Assembly: GCF_000150275.1 (NCBI RefSeq)
Contig: NW_002060947.1
Location: 2,097,740 to 2,161,739 of the forward strand
Length of the DNA: 64,000 nucleotides
Origin: Trichoplax adhaerens
Taxonomy: Eukaryota; Animalia; Placozoa
Reading direction: 5' to 3'
Part shown: positions 45,037 to 58,676 of the stretch, piece by piece
How the letters are laid out: each line of letters begins with the position of its first letter
Numbering within the stretch: position 1 is the stretch's first letter
The notes under the pieces: generated by a model
The model's input: only the letters and a program-made list of their open reading frames with translations
Told to the model about the DNA's origin: nothing
Databases searched by the model: none
Made by a program: the position numbers and the translations under genes

Positions 45037-46200
45037 CAGTTGAGGCCCTTCAATAGATTTTTACACACCCTAAATAAACTGATATCGTCGTAATATCAGA
45101 TTTACTGGTGATGTGAGAAATACTTTATTATTTAAAGCACTATAATTTGCTATTCTCCACCCGCCGATATGCCGCTATGATGCAGTATATCGTGGATGAT
45201 TTTAATGTTTTCCATTTTTCGTAAAGTAATACGAATTAGGGGTCGATTTCGTTTTATACGGGTTAAAGCTCATGATTCATTTATTTATTATTGTACCAAG
45301 CTATACTCCACAAACGCCGACATGCAGCATATCGTGGATTGATAATAATATTTTAAGCGATTAAACAGTTGAGGCCCTTCAATAGTTTTTACACACCCTA
45401 AATAAACTGATATCGTCGTAATATCAGATTTAATGGTGCTGTGAGAAATACTTTATTATTTAAAGCACTATAATATGCTATTCTCCACCCGCCGATGTGC
45501 CGCTATGATGCAGTATATCGTGGATGATTTTGATGTTTTCTATTTTTCGTTAAGTTGGACGAATTACGGGTCGATTTCGTTTTATACGGATTAAAGCTCA
45601 TGATTCACTTATTTATTATTGTACCAAGCTATACCCCACAAATGCCGACATGCAAGATATCGTGGATGGATAGTAATATTCTACGCGATTTAAGACTATT
45701 GATAACATTCAGTAGTTTAATATAGTATTGGCAGCACTCTGCATACGCCATCATGTGGCATACCATGGATAGATATGGTATTTCGGCTTTTCATGATCGT
45801 TAGTGGGTACTATATACTGTATATACTACCTTTTAACTTAAAATATTTCGCGGCTTAAAAGACTATTACTTCAGTCGTTTATTAAAGTACTTAGTAGCAC
45901 TTTGTATACGATGCTTACATGCAGCAGATCATGGATAGATAAGTACTTTTGATAATTTCGGCTTTTTCGCGATATTGGTAGATCGAGTAAAAGGTCGAAT
46001 TGGTCGCTGGCGAATATCACATACTGCCTATAAATGGCTTAAACTATTGATTCAGTTATTTATTATAGTACTCGTAGGTAACGCTCTGTATATATTGATA
46101 TGTAGTATACCATAGATGGATAATTTTAACGCTTTCATATTCTCGCAAAGTAGATGAATCGAGTAAAATATAAATACTGTCTCTTTAAACAGCTCAAAAG
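45037..46200. repeat. Tandem array: two near-identical 329-bp units plus ~3 degenerate ~170-bp monomers
   Basis: CAGTTGAGGCCCTTCAATAG at 45037 and 45366. An internal motif like ATGCAGyATATCGTGGAT occurs twice per unit and recurs in decayed form at ~45755, ~45920 and ~46100. Confidence 0.85.
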
Positions 46201-46720
46201 GTAGTAATGTTTACATAATAACTTTACTCTCATGCTATACAGTGCAAGGGGATCTGTAATATTCCCTTCGCTTAATCGTCCTTCGTTGCAGAAGTTGGCA
46301 ATTTGTCAATATTAGCATTTCTCATAGCATCTCTTCTAATCGTATGTTCTAACCCTCCAATATTGTTATATATTTACATCCTGTAACAATAGTGATGAGA
46401 AATTAATATATTTAGTATCATAAAACCAATACTAAAGATATCCAATCGTCAGAGCAATTTTTCAATTCTATGAGTATATCCGCAATTCACAATTTTTTCT
46501 TAAGTAAAAAGACGTGCAACGGTCAATAAGAATTTTAATTTTATGCCTGCTTCAAGTCTGGTCTCGAACATAGTTCAACATAAATAATACTGCAGTATTT
46601 TACAAATAACACTACTCCTACAAATGCATCAATAGCACGATATGGAATCGACAGAATACCATTATTTTCATTTCTAACTTATGGTATATAAAGTAGTAAG
46701 CTAACTAGATTAATCTAAAC

Positions 46721-46880
46721 CTTGAATAAGCCATGAATGCAATTAAAAATAATATACAATTAGTAGCTAAACTAAGTTACCGGTATAGATCACTGCAATA
46801 TCTGAATGATAAATACAATTTCTTGAATAAGCCATAAATACACTAGAAAATTGTATACCATTTGCAGCTAAACTAATTTC
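46721..46880. repeat. Degenerate direct duplication, ~100-bp period
   Basis: CTTGAATAAGCCAT...AGCTAAACTAA at ~46721 and ~46822. Confidence 0.65.
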
Positions 46881-49800
46881 AAATCACTATAGTACTTGAT
46901 CGACTATCAAACAATAAAGTAATGTTAGTGGTTGGTGTAACTTTCATTGTAGTTAGATTACTCCCAGTAGCTAGACTAATTCTAGGCGGCGGTAATAATG
47001 GATAGATTATTACAAGGTAACATGTCCTTAGTGGTAAGAATAAGTCTCATTGTGGTTGGAATAACTTTGGTAAACTTTTCGACACTGGATAACCTTCAGA
47101 CATTAACCTTAACAGAATTGAAAGGGCCATGCAGTTTTGAATCAGCAACGGAGGTGCTTTCTTGACTCAATTGATCTCTACTACTTTTGACAATCTTGGC
47201 AATCAAGACAAAAATTTACTAATAGATTTTTATTGTCTCTACTTCGATCATTGAATTATTTTCAAATACATTATTTTCATCTTGTATATACTATTCGCAA
47301 TCTTTCGACTTTTAATTTAAATAAGACAATTATTTATCAGAATATCCGTATGGAAATGGTGACCCCGCTTCCGTAAACTAAAGAACAATCATTTCCAATT
47401 TCATTTATCAATCAATCTAAAATAGTAGGGTGTGAGAATATTCATGACCATAACTTTGACCTTTATCCTCTTTTTCGACTCAAAAAAGAAATACACATTT
47501 GACAGTTTTTAGTATTTACCTAAGATAATTAAAGCAGTCACATCGATACTATTAAATTCACTCATCTTATACTTAGAGCGTATTTTTGTAACCCAAAGTT
47601 AACTTAAAGATTGATTAATACAAGTCCTGCCTATATAATCAATCCTCAAAACATAAATAAATTCATATGGTATGTAACCAATTTATCAATTCCCGAAAAG
47701 TTGATTTATAATGACACCCAGCTCCGCTGATATCATAAATTACTGTACTAAATACCTGTATCTATAAGAAATCTCTTGAATATAAGGTATCATTCATTGT
47801 CAGAATATTCCTCACCGAATGGGCAATATATATTCCAGAATGATAATCCACCTACGCACCTACGCTGTTAGTCACAGGAAATTAAGCAAAATTTTCCTTG
47901 ACATTATATTCCTGTACATAAACATCTGCCTTCACAATTTCCCATGTACTGCATGAACGCTTTGATAACTGGCTATCCGTCATCTACTCTGCTAGTAAAA
48001 GTAAAGATTTTTAAAGATCAAAAAACCTACTGTTTATTTAATATTCTTAGCTGTCTTAAGTATCCTCTAAAAAAGTGAAAAGAAAGGTAAAAAATTATAC
48101 CTAAAGGCTAATTCAACAAATTAAGTGTAAACTGCAAATATTGTAAGCAAGGATTGTCGACCATAGGCATAAACTGCGTAGTTTTTACATTTCAATACTA
48201 AATTAAGGCACCTTAATTATTGTAATAGGTGTATTCAATTCATTTGACAATTGGCCAATGTCCATTTTGCACTAATTAAGGTCTCTTTTCTTTCACGATT
48301 CAACATGAAATGGACGATCGCATCATTAACAATCTTCAAAAACATAAAATTGTAAAATTTTTTTATAAAATTATTTTTTGATGTAATAATACGAGAGCCA
48401 TAGTCCAAAATCGTAATAAAACCGTTAATGTATCTGCAACCGATATTAGTAAGCAAAAATTGTACTAATACCTTAAAACTTTTCGTATGAACACGTTACT
48501 GCACATACACATTGTACTGTATGTGCTCTTTTTATGCTTTAAAATACCATAAGAGCATTGTAATTTTGCGAATTTTAAACTTAAAAAGGAGCGGAAATTG
48601 AGTAATAAACTTTATTCCTTTATGTATGGTTAATCTATGTCCCAATTAAAGTGTTCTTAGATCAACATAATTTACTGATATAATTCACTGATATTAGATA
48701 TAATAAGTAAATTTTTTCCAACAATCACTACAGTATTCGTGGTTCTTTAGATCAAGGTTGTACTGTTCAAATTTAAGGCAAGCACTTAGAATAATTTCAT
48801 TAATAAATTAATTTCAGCATCATTCAGATACTCTTGACACGTTCTTCCTAATGTTTACTAGTAGCATAAAAGATTAAGCATTACTTGTACTTCAAAACCT
48901 GTTTAGACTAGATGATTTAGCTTTTAAAAAATATTAGAAAAGAATATTATGATTCCATAAGTACCAAAATTCCAACGAAGTGAAAGCCAGTACTATCATA
49001 CTATCGCTACATATCATACATTTTATTTTATGATAATTGTGTACTTATATTTTACTTTATACGAACATCAATATCAGAAACAGTTAGTGTCGGTATTTTG
49101 CTAATTCGGCAAATCTTAATGGTTACATTGTCCTATTTAAAAATTTAAATCTACTTTAATTACAGATTCATGGCCATAACGATCACCATGTGTATAGTAA
49201 TTGATCAGAAATCCAAAAATGAAACATTTAAGACTAATTTCAGGTTCTAAAATTAATATAAAGAGCAATATTTTTGACTAAGAGAAATGCCAATTCTCAA
49301 CAATAAGCAGCTATTATTGTCGCATCAAAATGCACGTATTGGTTTCGCCCTGCTGAGTATGATATAATTAAGACAGCAATTAATAATTAATACGCCGTTA
49401 GTTGATAGAAAAGCCTTTAAAATACTTAAGGAATCATTCTATAAATACACGAAAGCAGATAAATAACATTTTACTCCGTGAGATGGAAAAGTAACCATCG
49501 TTTAAATGATTTCTTTATTATACCAAAGTGCTCTCTTTGTTGATATAATAATTGCTTCTAATAATCTTTTTCTGTGACTAGAAAGGCCTTAAACTATGCA
49601 AAATAACTCCTCAAGTTCAAAGCAAATTTTAGGAGAAGTCAAAATAAAAATCTTTACAGTACTAAAAATAGGTAAAATTATTATCAATATCTATGCGTAG
49701 TTTCTATTGCTTACTTCATTCTACATGTGAATAAGAACAATCTATCTAATCATAATTGTGGGTCTTTCCCGATATTATAAATTATCTGTTGTTTACTCTC

Positions 49801-52778
49801 ATAGTGCTTACCAACATTTTGGTATCATTTGATAATGTATTCATCCAGTAAATATTCGTTTACTATTTCATAATTATATAATAATATTATTAATTCTGGG
49901 AAATAATCATATCAAGTTAACCTTGGTATTCTTAAGAGTAAAAAATGACAGTACTTGTGAATGTCAGCATGATTGACAAGATTTTAAAAATTGTAAAAGA
50001 TATTAAATTAAATCAATTTACTTATCTAAGTTTAGTAAGGCCAATCAATTGCATTATTTTGTTATAGCAACATGCTTAATCTCATCTCATCAATCTCATC
50101 AATTTGATATGCACCATCACCATCATATGCATCTGTAACCAAATCCAATTGCTAATCATATCAATAAAGATGCTGATTATGTAGCATTTGCACAATTACC
50201 GGAAAATTGACTCTACTAATACTTGATATTGTAACTTTCTGTTATTACTCTTATTGCTAAAGACCATATATAAAGTTAAATTTATGACTGGCTATCAACA
50301 ATTATTGAAATTATTTTCATATTCATCGCTGGTACAGTGCTAAAGCAGAGTCTTTTATCAATAATATATCTTTGCCTTTGAATAATAGAACGAATGGTAG
50401 CAATAATCTAATTCCAAATTAAACTCTGACAAATACAATGCAACAAAAGTATTGCTGCAGCACGTTGCATCTATAATTGTTTATTATCATAGCTCTTTAT
50501 TTTCTAAAATAAGACCATCAATTTAAATTATTTATCAATAAATTTTGCTACCATAAATGGAGCTTAATTAGAAAATGATTATTAGGAACCTCATAATCCT
50601 ATTATGCTGTATAGTACGTCATTGTTCCATTTCACCTTAACATATTATTTCTTAATATTGGGATGTTTTGATATTTCTGAGTAATTATGATGAATTAATA
50701 TTATTCTTCGATATATCATGTAGTATATTTTTGATATTTACTAGTGGAAGTATACGCCTATTCATAACTGTGAAGACTTCACTAAAATTATCATAGATCA
50801 AAATATTACGTAGTACAGTTACTTTAAATTAAGTTTAAAATCAAGTGTCATAAACACCAAAATAAATCTTAACCTTCTGCATATTTTCGACTAAAATAGT
50901 TGCAATTTTCCAGTGAGATGTACTTCTTTGTATCGTATTAATAATGATAAATTATATGATTGTGTATAAACATATTTATAGATACTCATCAAGGACCTGC
51001 AATCTATCTTGAGAAGTGCATACAAAGTTTACTTTGCTGCCAGCCTTACAAAAGGGAAAATGTTATCACTAAGGGTGTAGTTGGGCATTACACCCAATTG
51101 TAACGCAGAAATGTTTTCGTTAAAAGTTTCCTTTTAATAAAGCTTGTTAATTATCTTATTAATAAAAGGAAAGTAGTGAAATGACACACATCGATAGTTC
51201 GGAAAAGATCCAATAATTCTGAAAGATTGTTTGTAATCTAGCGAACGTTTTATTTAATAATTTTAGCTAGAGAATTTACTGAAAAATCAATGTTTAACAT
51301 ACAGTTATTAATGACGTATTAAACCTCAAACATAGCCTAAACTATGCATTGAGTATTGGCTACTCACGTGAAATAGCCCTGGCAATTCTCGTTAATCGAA
51401 GTAAAGGATTCGCGGTTGAGTGGCGATCTTTCTTAATAGAGCTATAACTGAAATATATATTATATTATTATGCATAAATACTCGAATATATGAAGAAAAC
51501 ATTATACACTTTGAGAAGTGTTACCCTCATTAAGTTACATTCTGTTGTATTAAGTAATATGAAATCATAACTCGATTCCTATCGCATTTTATATTCTAAT
51601 TGAAAATACTATGGTGTTTCCTAATAATCGATAATGCAATAACAGCAGCATAGTATCACTTGGAATGTAATGAAAACTAGAAATTATCCGCCGTAAATTA
51701 TGATAGACCTAGTGCGCCATTGCAGTAGCTAGATAACAAAAACATTTAATCGGCTGATATTCTGCTTTGAATATAAATCTATACACACAAATACCAGCAT
51801 TTTCTACTAAATTGAATAATCAAATATTTATTGTGCTGCTAGCCATTTAATAATGAAAATTTTTCGTAAATAAAGCAACTTAAAGTTTTTCAATAACACA
51901 TATTAAATCAAATCGATGTCGTAATAAAATGAACCAGAAGGCTTTTAATATACTCTACCTTTCACTATACGCGTAAGTGTAAAGACATGTACGTAGTTTT
52001 ATATGACTTTCCTACCGTCCATGTCTTTTAGCTCACACTAAAAATACTAACTATTCTAAAATCTAGTTATCAAATTAGCCTATTACAATGATTATCTAAA
52101 AGTAGCTAAAATCTTATTATACATACCATCCAGGGCGATTGACAAGCCGAAGCCAACGAAACTTGACTAATTAATTAATCACGCTTTTTAAAGGCATGAT
52201 AAATACCACCTCAGATAACAATAACGCTACTGATTCATATTATTCGATACTTGTAATAACTCGTTAATAATAGACTTATTGCAGTTATAGGAAGTTCATT
52301 ACTTAAAATTAGATTTAATATTCATATATCCGTCTATTTTTTATAATGTATTGACAGCAGTGCACTGTTAATATGCTTATAATATCGGACAGGTTCCCTT
52401 TTACTTTATTTAGCCATCTGCAGTCACGAAGTTGCTTTCCTGATTTCTCTTTTCATCTTTTAATTTCATCGACTGGACTAGTAACGTGACCGATTTATTG
52501 CCGTTGTCTTTACTAGAAGAAAAGTAAAATACAGTCAAAACATAACAAACTAAAAATATTAATTCGGTCAGAATATCTTGGTTAAAACTTCCATACTAGA
52601 GAAGAGAAACCGGTGAACGAAAGTTTGTATTCATTTTGTGTTTTCTGGCCGTTATTTTGCTCTTTCCGATTAACTACAGCTATTCTACGCCTCTCTTTAC
52701 CTTTTATCGGGCAACTTCTATCCTTTATTAATATATATTCACCTGATTTACTTACAGAAGGTATTTGAGTTTTTAATT

Positions 52779-53807
52779 ATGTCCAATCTATCTCACTTTA
52801 ATAATACCAACATCAATAGTTACAATGTAATCACTTTTAAACTTTTTGCTCTTAGTATTATATCACCGATCATGCTTGGAATTAATTTATTCTATCTTTC
52901 ACTTTATTCCTTACACAAATCACTGCATACCTGTAGCAATACCATCATGGCAAGTGGGTCGGTGTTATACCTTGTTGGGAGCATTTTGTTAGCTCTTCAG
53001 GTTATATTTGAACGTTATCAGTATGATTCAGTTGAGTGGTGCTTTTTTTTGTTATATTTTCGTTGGACATATCCATTAACGATGAACTTTCATGTCTGCT
53101 TGCTATGCTTTGATCGATATTACGCGATTTTTTATCCGTATCGTTACAGAATTCGTGGTACTTTCACGACTGCAGTTATTGCAGTAGTTATTGCGTGGAT
53201 ATTAGTTTTTATTCCAGTAGTACCAATATCAATAACACTTGGAACAGAATGTAAGGGTAACTTATATTTAAACAGTGGTATATTATTATCCTACGTCTTT
53301 CCAATAGAATATTTTATCCCGTCGGTAATTATTTTATTAACCTATGGAAGAGCGTTATATATTTCTGCCTACCACACACGTCGCATTCATCTTCAACAGC
53401 ATGATGACGAAATATCTGGTTCAAAGCGTAAAACATTGAAAAAGAATAGGAAATGCATAATTCAAGTAGTATTAACCTTTGGAACTTACATGATTCTATA
53501 TTACCCTATTGCCATTATGAAAACAATTCAAATAATTGATAAACGATCATACAAGGCTTTAGTGGCTTCAGAAATTCCTAAAATATTTTTCCCTCTATCT
53601 TACTTCTATGGTATTATACACCCTATCATCTTCATGTACTACAATCAAAGCGTGCGAACAAAAGTACTACCAAGCTTAAATTGTAAATTTTTCCAGATAT
53701 CGATATTCAAATCAGCATCTACAGCAGTAGGTGGTGAAACAACTAAACCCGCTAGTAAGAATATAAATCTTTTCTCTTCAAAGCAAAAGGTATATCTCAA
53801 GGAGTAA
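52779..53807 (+). CDS. Intronless rhodopsin-like (class A) orphan GPCR, 342 aa
   Basis: Seven hydrophobic segments; TM1 GxN; TM3 Cys and CFDRYYAIFYP; TM4 Trp; TM5 P..Y; TM7 HPIIF; N-terminal NNT sequon. Confidence 0.9.
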   Translation: MSNLSHFNNTNINSYNVITFKLFALSIISPIMLGINLFYLSLYSLHKSLHTCSNTIMASGSVLYLVGSILLALQVIFERYQYDSVEWCFFLLYFRWTYPLTMNFHVCLLCFDRYYAIFYPYRYRIRGTFTTAVIAVVIAWILVFIPVVPISITLGTECKGNLYLNSGILLSYVFPIEYFIPSVIILLTYGRALYISAYHTRRIHLQQHDDEISGSKRKTLKKNRKCIIQVVLTFGTYMILYYPIAIMKTIQIIDKRSYKALVASEIPKIFFPLSYFYGIIHPIIFMYYNQSVRTKVLPSLNCKFFQISIFKSASTAVGGETTKPASKNINLFSSKQKVYLKE

Positions 53808-55699
53808 AACAAATCTCAAGTCGCCATAGGAAACGTTCAATACAATATAGCTTCTATGTTATACAATCATAAGTCATCATCAAGACTGTCTACTCTTAGT
53901 CTACTCTTCAGTAACTTCATTATGAAGATCGCATATAAGTGAATTTTTAATTGGTACTTCAACTAGATTTTACCTCAGATTTTACAGAAAAAGCAATTTT
54001 TACCACTAATCTATCAATATAATTTAAATCGTAAACAACGCTGTTATTACTTAAAGTAACCAATACACATTTGTAACATTATTGTGTTCTCTGTTCTGTG
54101 AGCATGTATGGATTTACGTAAAATAGATGTATATTGTCCTAGCTGTCTTAGAGAATACTTTTTTACTCGCTTGATTAGCAGTTAAAACTCTTAGCTTTCT
54201 CAATTTATATTGAACTGCTATAGTGCTATATATATCGGCAAGAATTGATCAATAGTTCTAAAATGTTTAATTAGCTATATTTTAACAACCCTTATAACCC
54301 TTATTTCCTTTAACTGCTTCGTGATAGTAACAGTGATGGCTCTTCCATCGTCAGTCACCTAAAATTATTTACCTCACTGCTGAAAAATAGATTTAACTCA
54401 TCAATTACTGATATAAAGATTTATTGCAATTTCCAATCTCTCTTTATTTGGCTTTATTTTCACCATCCTATCCGATGTAAAATACGTTCTAAATTATCCA
54501 GCATTCTTTGTTAAGTAATACAATATCACCAAACAATAACGGATTCTGTTTACTTGCATATAAGGTTACTCTGGAAATATAAAGATTAATTAATATTATT
54601 ATTCATTATTTTATTATCTCAATAAGGTAAAATTACTAGCCCCTTATGACATGAAATTTCGGCAATATATTAAGCGTAGAATAATTGTATATCAGTAGAA
54701 TCCACTTTAATAAAGCTTTGACTTATTTTCTATTTACAAAATATCATATCGAAATGTTTCAACGAATGAAATGATGTTGACAGATAATGCTTAGCGTTCT
54801 AATTGATTTTCAAATAGGGCTATAGAAATAAGCGTTTATTGGTTTAATTAATTAAATACCAGATGCGAGAGTAAATTTTATTCATATCACATCACGTGAT
54901 GAGATATTTTAGTTGAAAAAAGAGTTTTTTTATACTGATTAAAGTTAATTGTTAGTAAAAGTGAGATACTGTATCTTAAAGTAGACATGTTCTTAGTTCT
55001 TAGTATGATTTCTTTCATGTAGTCTTTTATTAATCAATCACAGTAGTGCAAAAAAACATTGAATACCATCTAATAAAATTATAACCTTACAACAAGAATC
55101 TTCGTAAGCAATTAGTATCGCTTAACCCTCAGTCTCCATCCACAACAAATATATTTATTAACTGTCTCTATTTTGAGATTCTTTATTATAACATGCGACT
55201 GGTGTACCATTCAGATGTAATATGTAATCTTCAAATGTTAGAAAGGTTTTTCCGCATAAGATATATTGCTCACGATTAATTATACCCGTTTATGAATCCA
55301 TAACTATTAGCGATTGTAGTATGATTTAGATTATTAGAATTCTATAAAAAATACCATAATTCCTGTGCTTTCTTTTACAATGCCAATCATTACCGTTATG
55401 AATGTAGGCCAACTTCGATTCTCAGTATGACAAGTTCATACTTTGAGGGATATTATTATATCTTTCACAATTCACAAAGATAAATTCAATTCACTGCTTT
55501 ATTTGGATAAAAATTACAAATCACTCTTCTACAAGACTAGTATCCCTCAGTCAATCTTCTGTGCATATACGCGTAAAGCGCATAAAAGCTAAAAAATTAC
55601 AAAAATCGATATTTTTGTAGCATTAGTTGAGAAATAGACAGATGCTCGGTAGTGAAAAATGATCTAGATCTTACTTTGTTTATTATAATTATCAGTGAT

Positions 55700-58200
55700 G
55701 ATTATGCTAGACTGAAACCATAATAGAGACCCATTAACAATTTAAGTCATCAATTGTAACGACTGTCATGATCCCAACTTATAATAACTAATTGTTCCTC
55801 TTGACTTCTAGCTATGATAGTTTGCTCGAAAAAATAATGTCCTAGGCCCTACTTCACTTACGCTCAAGATGATTCCGTTATGCTAGAGCTAAAATTGAGA
55901 TCCTTTTGATATAAATCTTCTACGGTAACAACGGCCATGATCTAGATCTGCGGTAAAAAGATCCTCTTGACCTCTGGCCATGTGCGAAGATAACCCCAAC
56001 TCGATTGTATAGTACTAAAATTTAATTGGATAAAATTGAGATCCTTTTAATAGAAGTCTTCTACGGTAATAAAGTCAATGAACACAATCAACTCTAAAAG
56101 TTCTCTTAACCTCTGGACCATGCATGGAATTGGCTCTGACTCGACTATAGTTCTCTTAAGTAGTCGAAATGATCGCACTAGATTAAATAAATAAAACTGA
56201 ACTTGAAATTTATCAATAGATATATATATGTAAACGTAAAACCACTGCAATTCTCAAACGTATTCGCACACAAGTATGTGTAATAAGCACTCAATAAATA
56301 AAGACCTAAGCTATAACTTACCACTAACTAGCGCGGTCATCTCATTACAACTATATCATTGATATCTAATAAATCGAATTGAGTCCCACGAGGAAGACTT
56401 TGTAAGCAAATATTCATATTTACAGTAAGCTTTACTAGGTCAAAATGACCATGCTAAACTAAAACTAAAGCTTGAGACTCATTAATATCTGTATCTACCG
56501 TCAATACTGCCATGGGAATGCTGCAAAGCATCAATTCTCTATTTCAAGTCTGACTTCAAAATTTATGGCTATGGCCATTGATTTCTATAGCTCGATAATC
56601 GTACAGTATCACTTATATCTAGTGAATAGCTAAATCCTACGAGAACTATGGAAGTAAATATTTAGTCTTAAACTGTCAAAATGACCATGCAAGACTAATA
56701 CTAAAGCTTGAGACTCATTAATACATGTATCTATCATTACCATTACCATGCAGAATGCTGTAAAGTATTCATTCTCTATTCCAAATCTGACTTGAAAAAT
56801 TGATGCTACGACCATTGATTTCCATAGCTCACTAATTGTACTGTATCACTGATATCTAGTGAATCTAGCTGAGTACCACGAGTAGGACTTTACAAGCAAT
56901 ATTTATATTTACACAGTCGAAATGACCATATCAGAGTAAAACTAAACTTGAGATTCATTAATACATGTATCTATTGTCGATACTGCCATGGAGAATGCTG
57001 CAAAGTATCAATTTTCTATTCTAAATCTGACTTGAAAAATTGTGGTTAAGACCATTGATTTCTATAGCTGATTAACTGTACTGCATCATTGACATTTAGT
57101 GAATAGCCGAGTCCCACGAGGACTTTGGAAGTTAATATTCCTATTTACCCTGTCAAAATGATCATGTTAGACTAAAAATAAACTTGAGACTCATTTATAC
57201 TGTCATGCAGAATGCTGTAAAATGTTAATTTTCTATCCCAAATCTGACTTAAAAAAATTGATGCCTTGGCCATTGCTTTCTATAGCTCATTAATTGTACA
57301 ATATCATTGATATCTAGCATATCTAGCTGAGTCCTAAGAGGTGGACTTTGGAAGCAAATGTTCATATTTACAAGGTCAAAATGACTATACTAGACTAAAA
57401 CTAAACTTTAGATTCATTCATACATGTATTTCTTGTCTCTACTATCATGCAGAATGCTGTAATATATTAATTCTCTATTGCAAATCTGACTTGAAATTAT
57501 GGCCTTCGCTATTAATTTCTATAGCTCACTAATTGCACTGTATCATTAGTGAATCTAGTTGAGTCCTTCGAGGTTGACTTTGGAAGTAAATATTCACTTA
57601 TACGGTCAAAGTGACTATACTAGACTAAAACTAAACTTTAGATTCATTCATACGTGCATCTCTTGTCTCTAATATCATACAGAATGTTGTAATGTATCAA
57701 TTCTCTATTGCAAATCTGACTCGAAATGATGGCCATGGCCATTAAATTCTATAGCTCACTAATTATACTGTGTCCCTAGTGAATCTAGCCGAGTCCTACG
57801 AGGTTGACTTTGAAAGCAAATGTTCATATTTACACGGTCAAAATGACTACACTAGACTAAAACTAAACTTGAGATTCATTCATACATGCATTTCTTGTCT
57901 CTGCTACCATGCAGAATGCTGTAATATATCAATTCTCTATTGCAAATTTGACTTGAAATTATCGCCATGGCTATTAATTTCTATAGCTCACTAATTGTAC
58001 TGTATCATAAGTGAATCTAGCTGAGTCCTTCGAGTAGGACTTTGGAAGCAAATTTTCACTTATACGGTCAAAATGACCATACTAGACTAAATGAAATTTA
58101 AGATCCATTAATATACGTGTATGTATGTATCTTTACGATTGCCATCATTGCTATGAAATAGCAATTCTAAATTCCGAATGTGACTGATATAATTATGGCT
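55700..58200. repeat. Tandem satellite-like array, ~8 units of ~220-250 bp (56340-58200) plus decayed copies to the left
   Basis: The anchor GAGTCC(...)GAG recurs at ~56381, 56632, 56871, 57109, 57329, 57561, 57791 and 58023. Units share GTCAAAATGACyAT, AAATCTGACTTGAAA and TTTCTATAGCTC. Confidence 0.92.
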
Positions 58201-58304
58201 GTGGCCGTTGACTTCTAGATGCTTGTTACTAAACCTAGCGTTGTCCCTTGGAAGGACCTGGGAATACAGCAAATGGTATGACGTATGCATAATCATCTGG
58301 ACAT

Positions 58305-58470
58305 GCAGTATTTATACTGTACAAGAGTACTATACTGAATAGTACAACTCCATGATTATGCCAGCAATCATGCCCCTCCCCCCCCCATTCATGACTGATA
58401 ATGGATACAGTACAGTATCGATCAGAATCTGAAGTGAGCGCTGACTGACTTTATACTGTACTGTACTTGT
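58305..58470. promoter_or_regulatory. TACAG/CTGTA cluster upstream of AASDH
   Basis: TACAGTACAGTA and TACTGTACTGTAC lie 200-370 bp before the ATG at 58677. Confidence 0.5.
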
Positions 58471-58676
58471 TGGATAGTTCCGACAGCCTGCAAGATATAA
58501 ATAAAAGAACATTATTTACTGTTGGTGGTCTATGGCTATTACATGTAAAATTATCCATTCTAACACTACATCTACAATGTAGAGCATTAAATATCCCTGC
58601 TGTATAGCAAGCTTACAGGAATAGGCATCCTTCATTTGTATAGTTATCGAGGATTTCCGCTGCTCAATATAATGAC

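Noticed and set aside
46880-47210. Long minus-strand frame interrupted by a single TGA (selenoprotein or pseudogene?)
   Set aside because: No recognisable homology, start or splice context, or SECIS.
56340-58200. Hammerhead-ribozyme retrozyme (unit size fits; CTGAGTCC...GGAC resembles stem II)
   Set aside because: The CUGANGA and GAAA core boxes are not present in the right arrangement on either strand.
56340-58200. CRISPR array, or coding repeats (ORFs 56630, 57341, 57770)
   Set aside because: Whole units are homologous with no unique spacers, the context is eukaryotic, and frames are broken by indels and stops between units.
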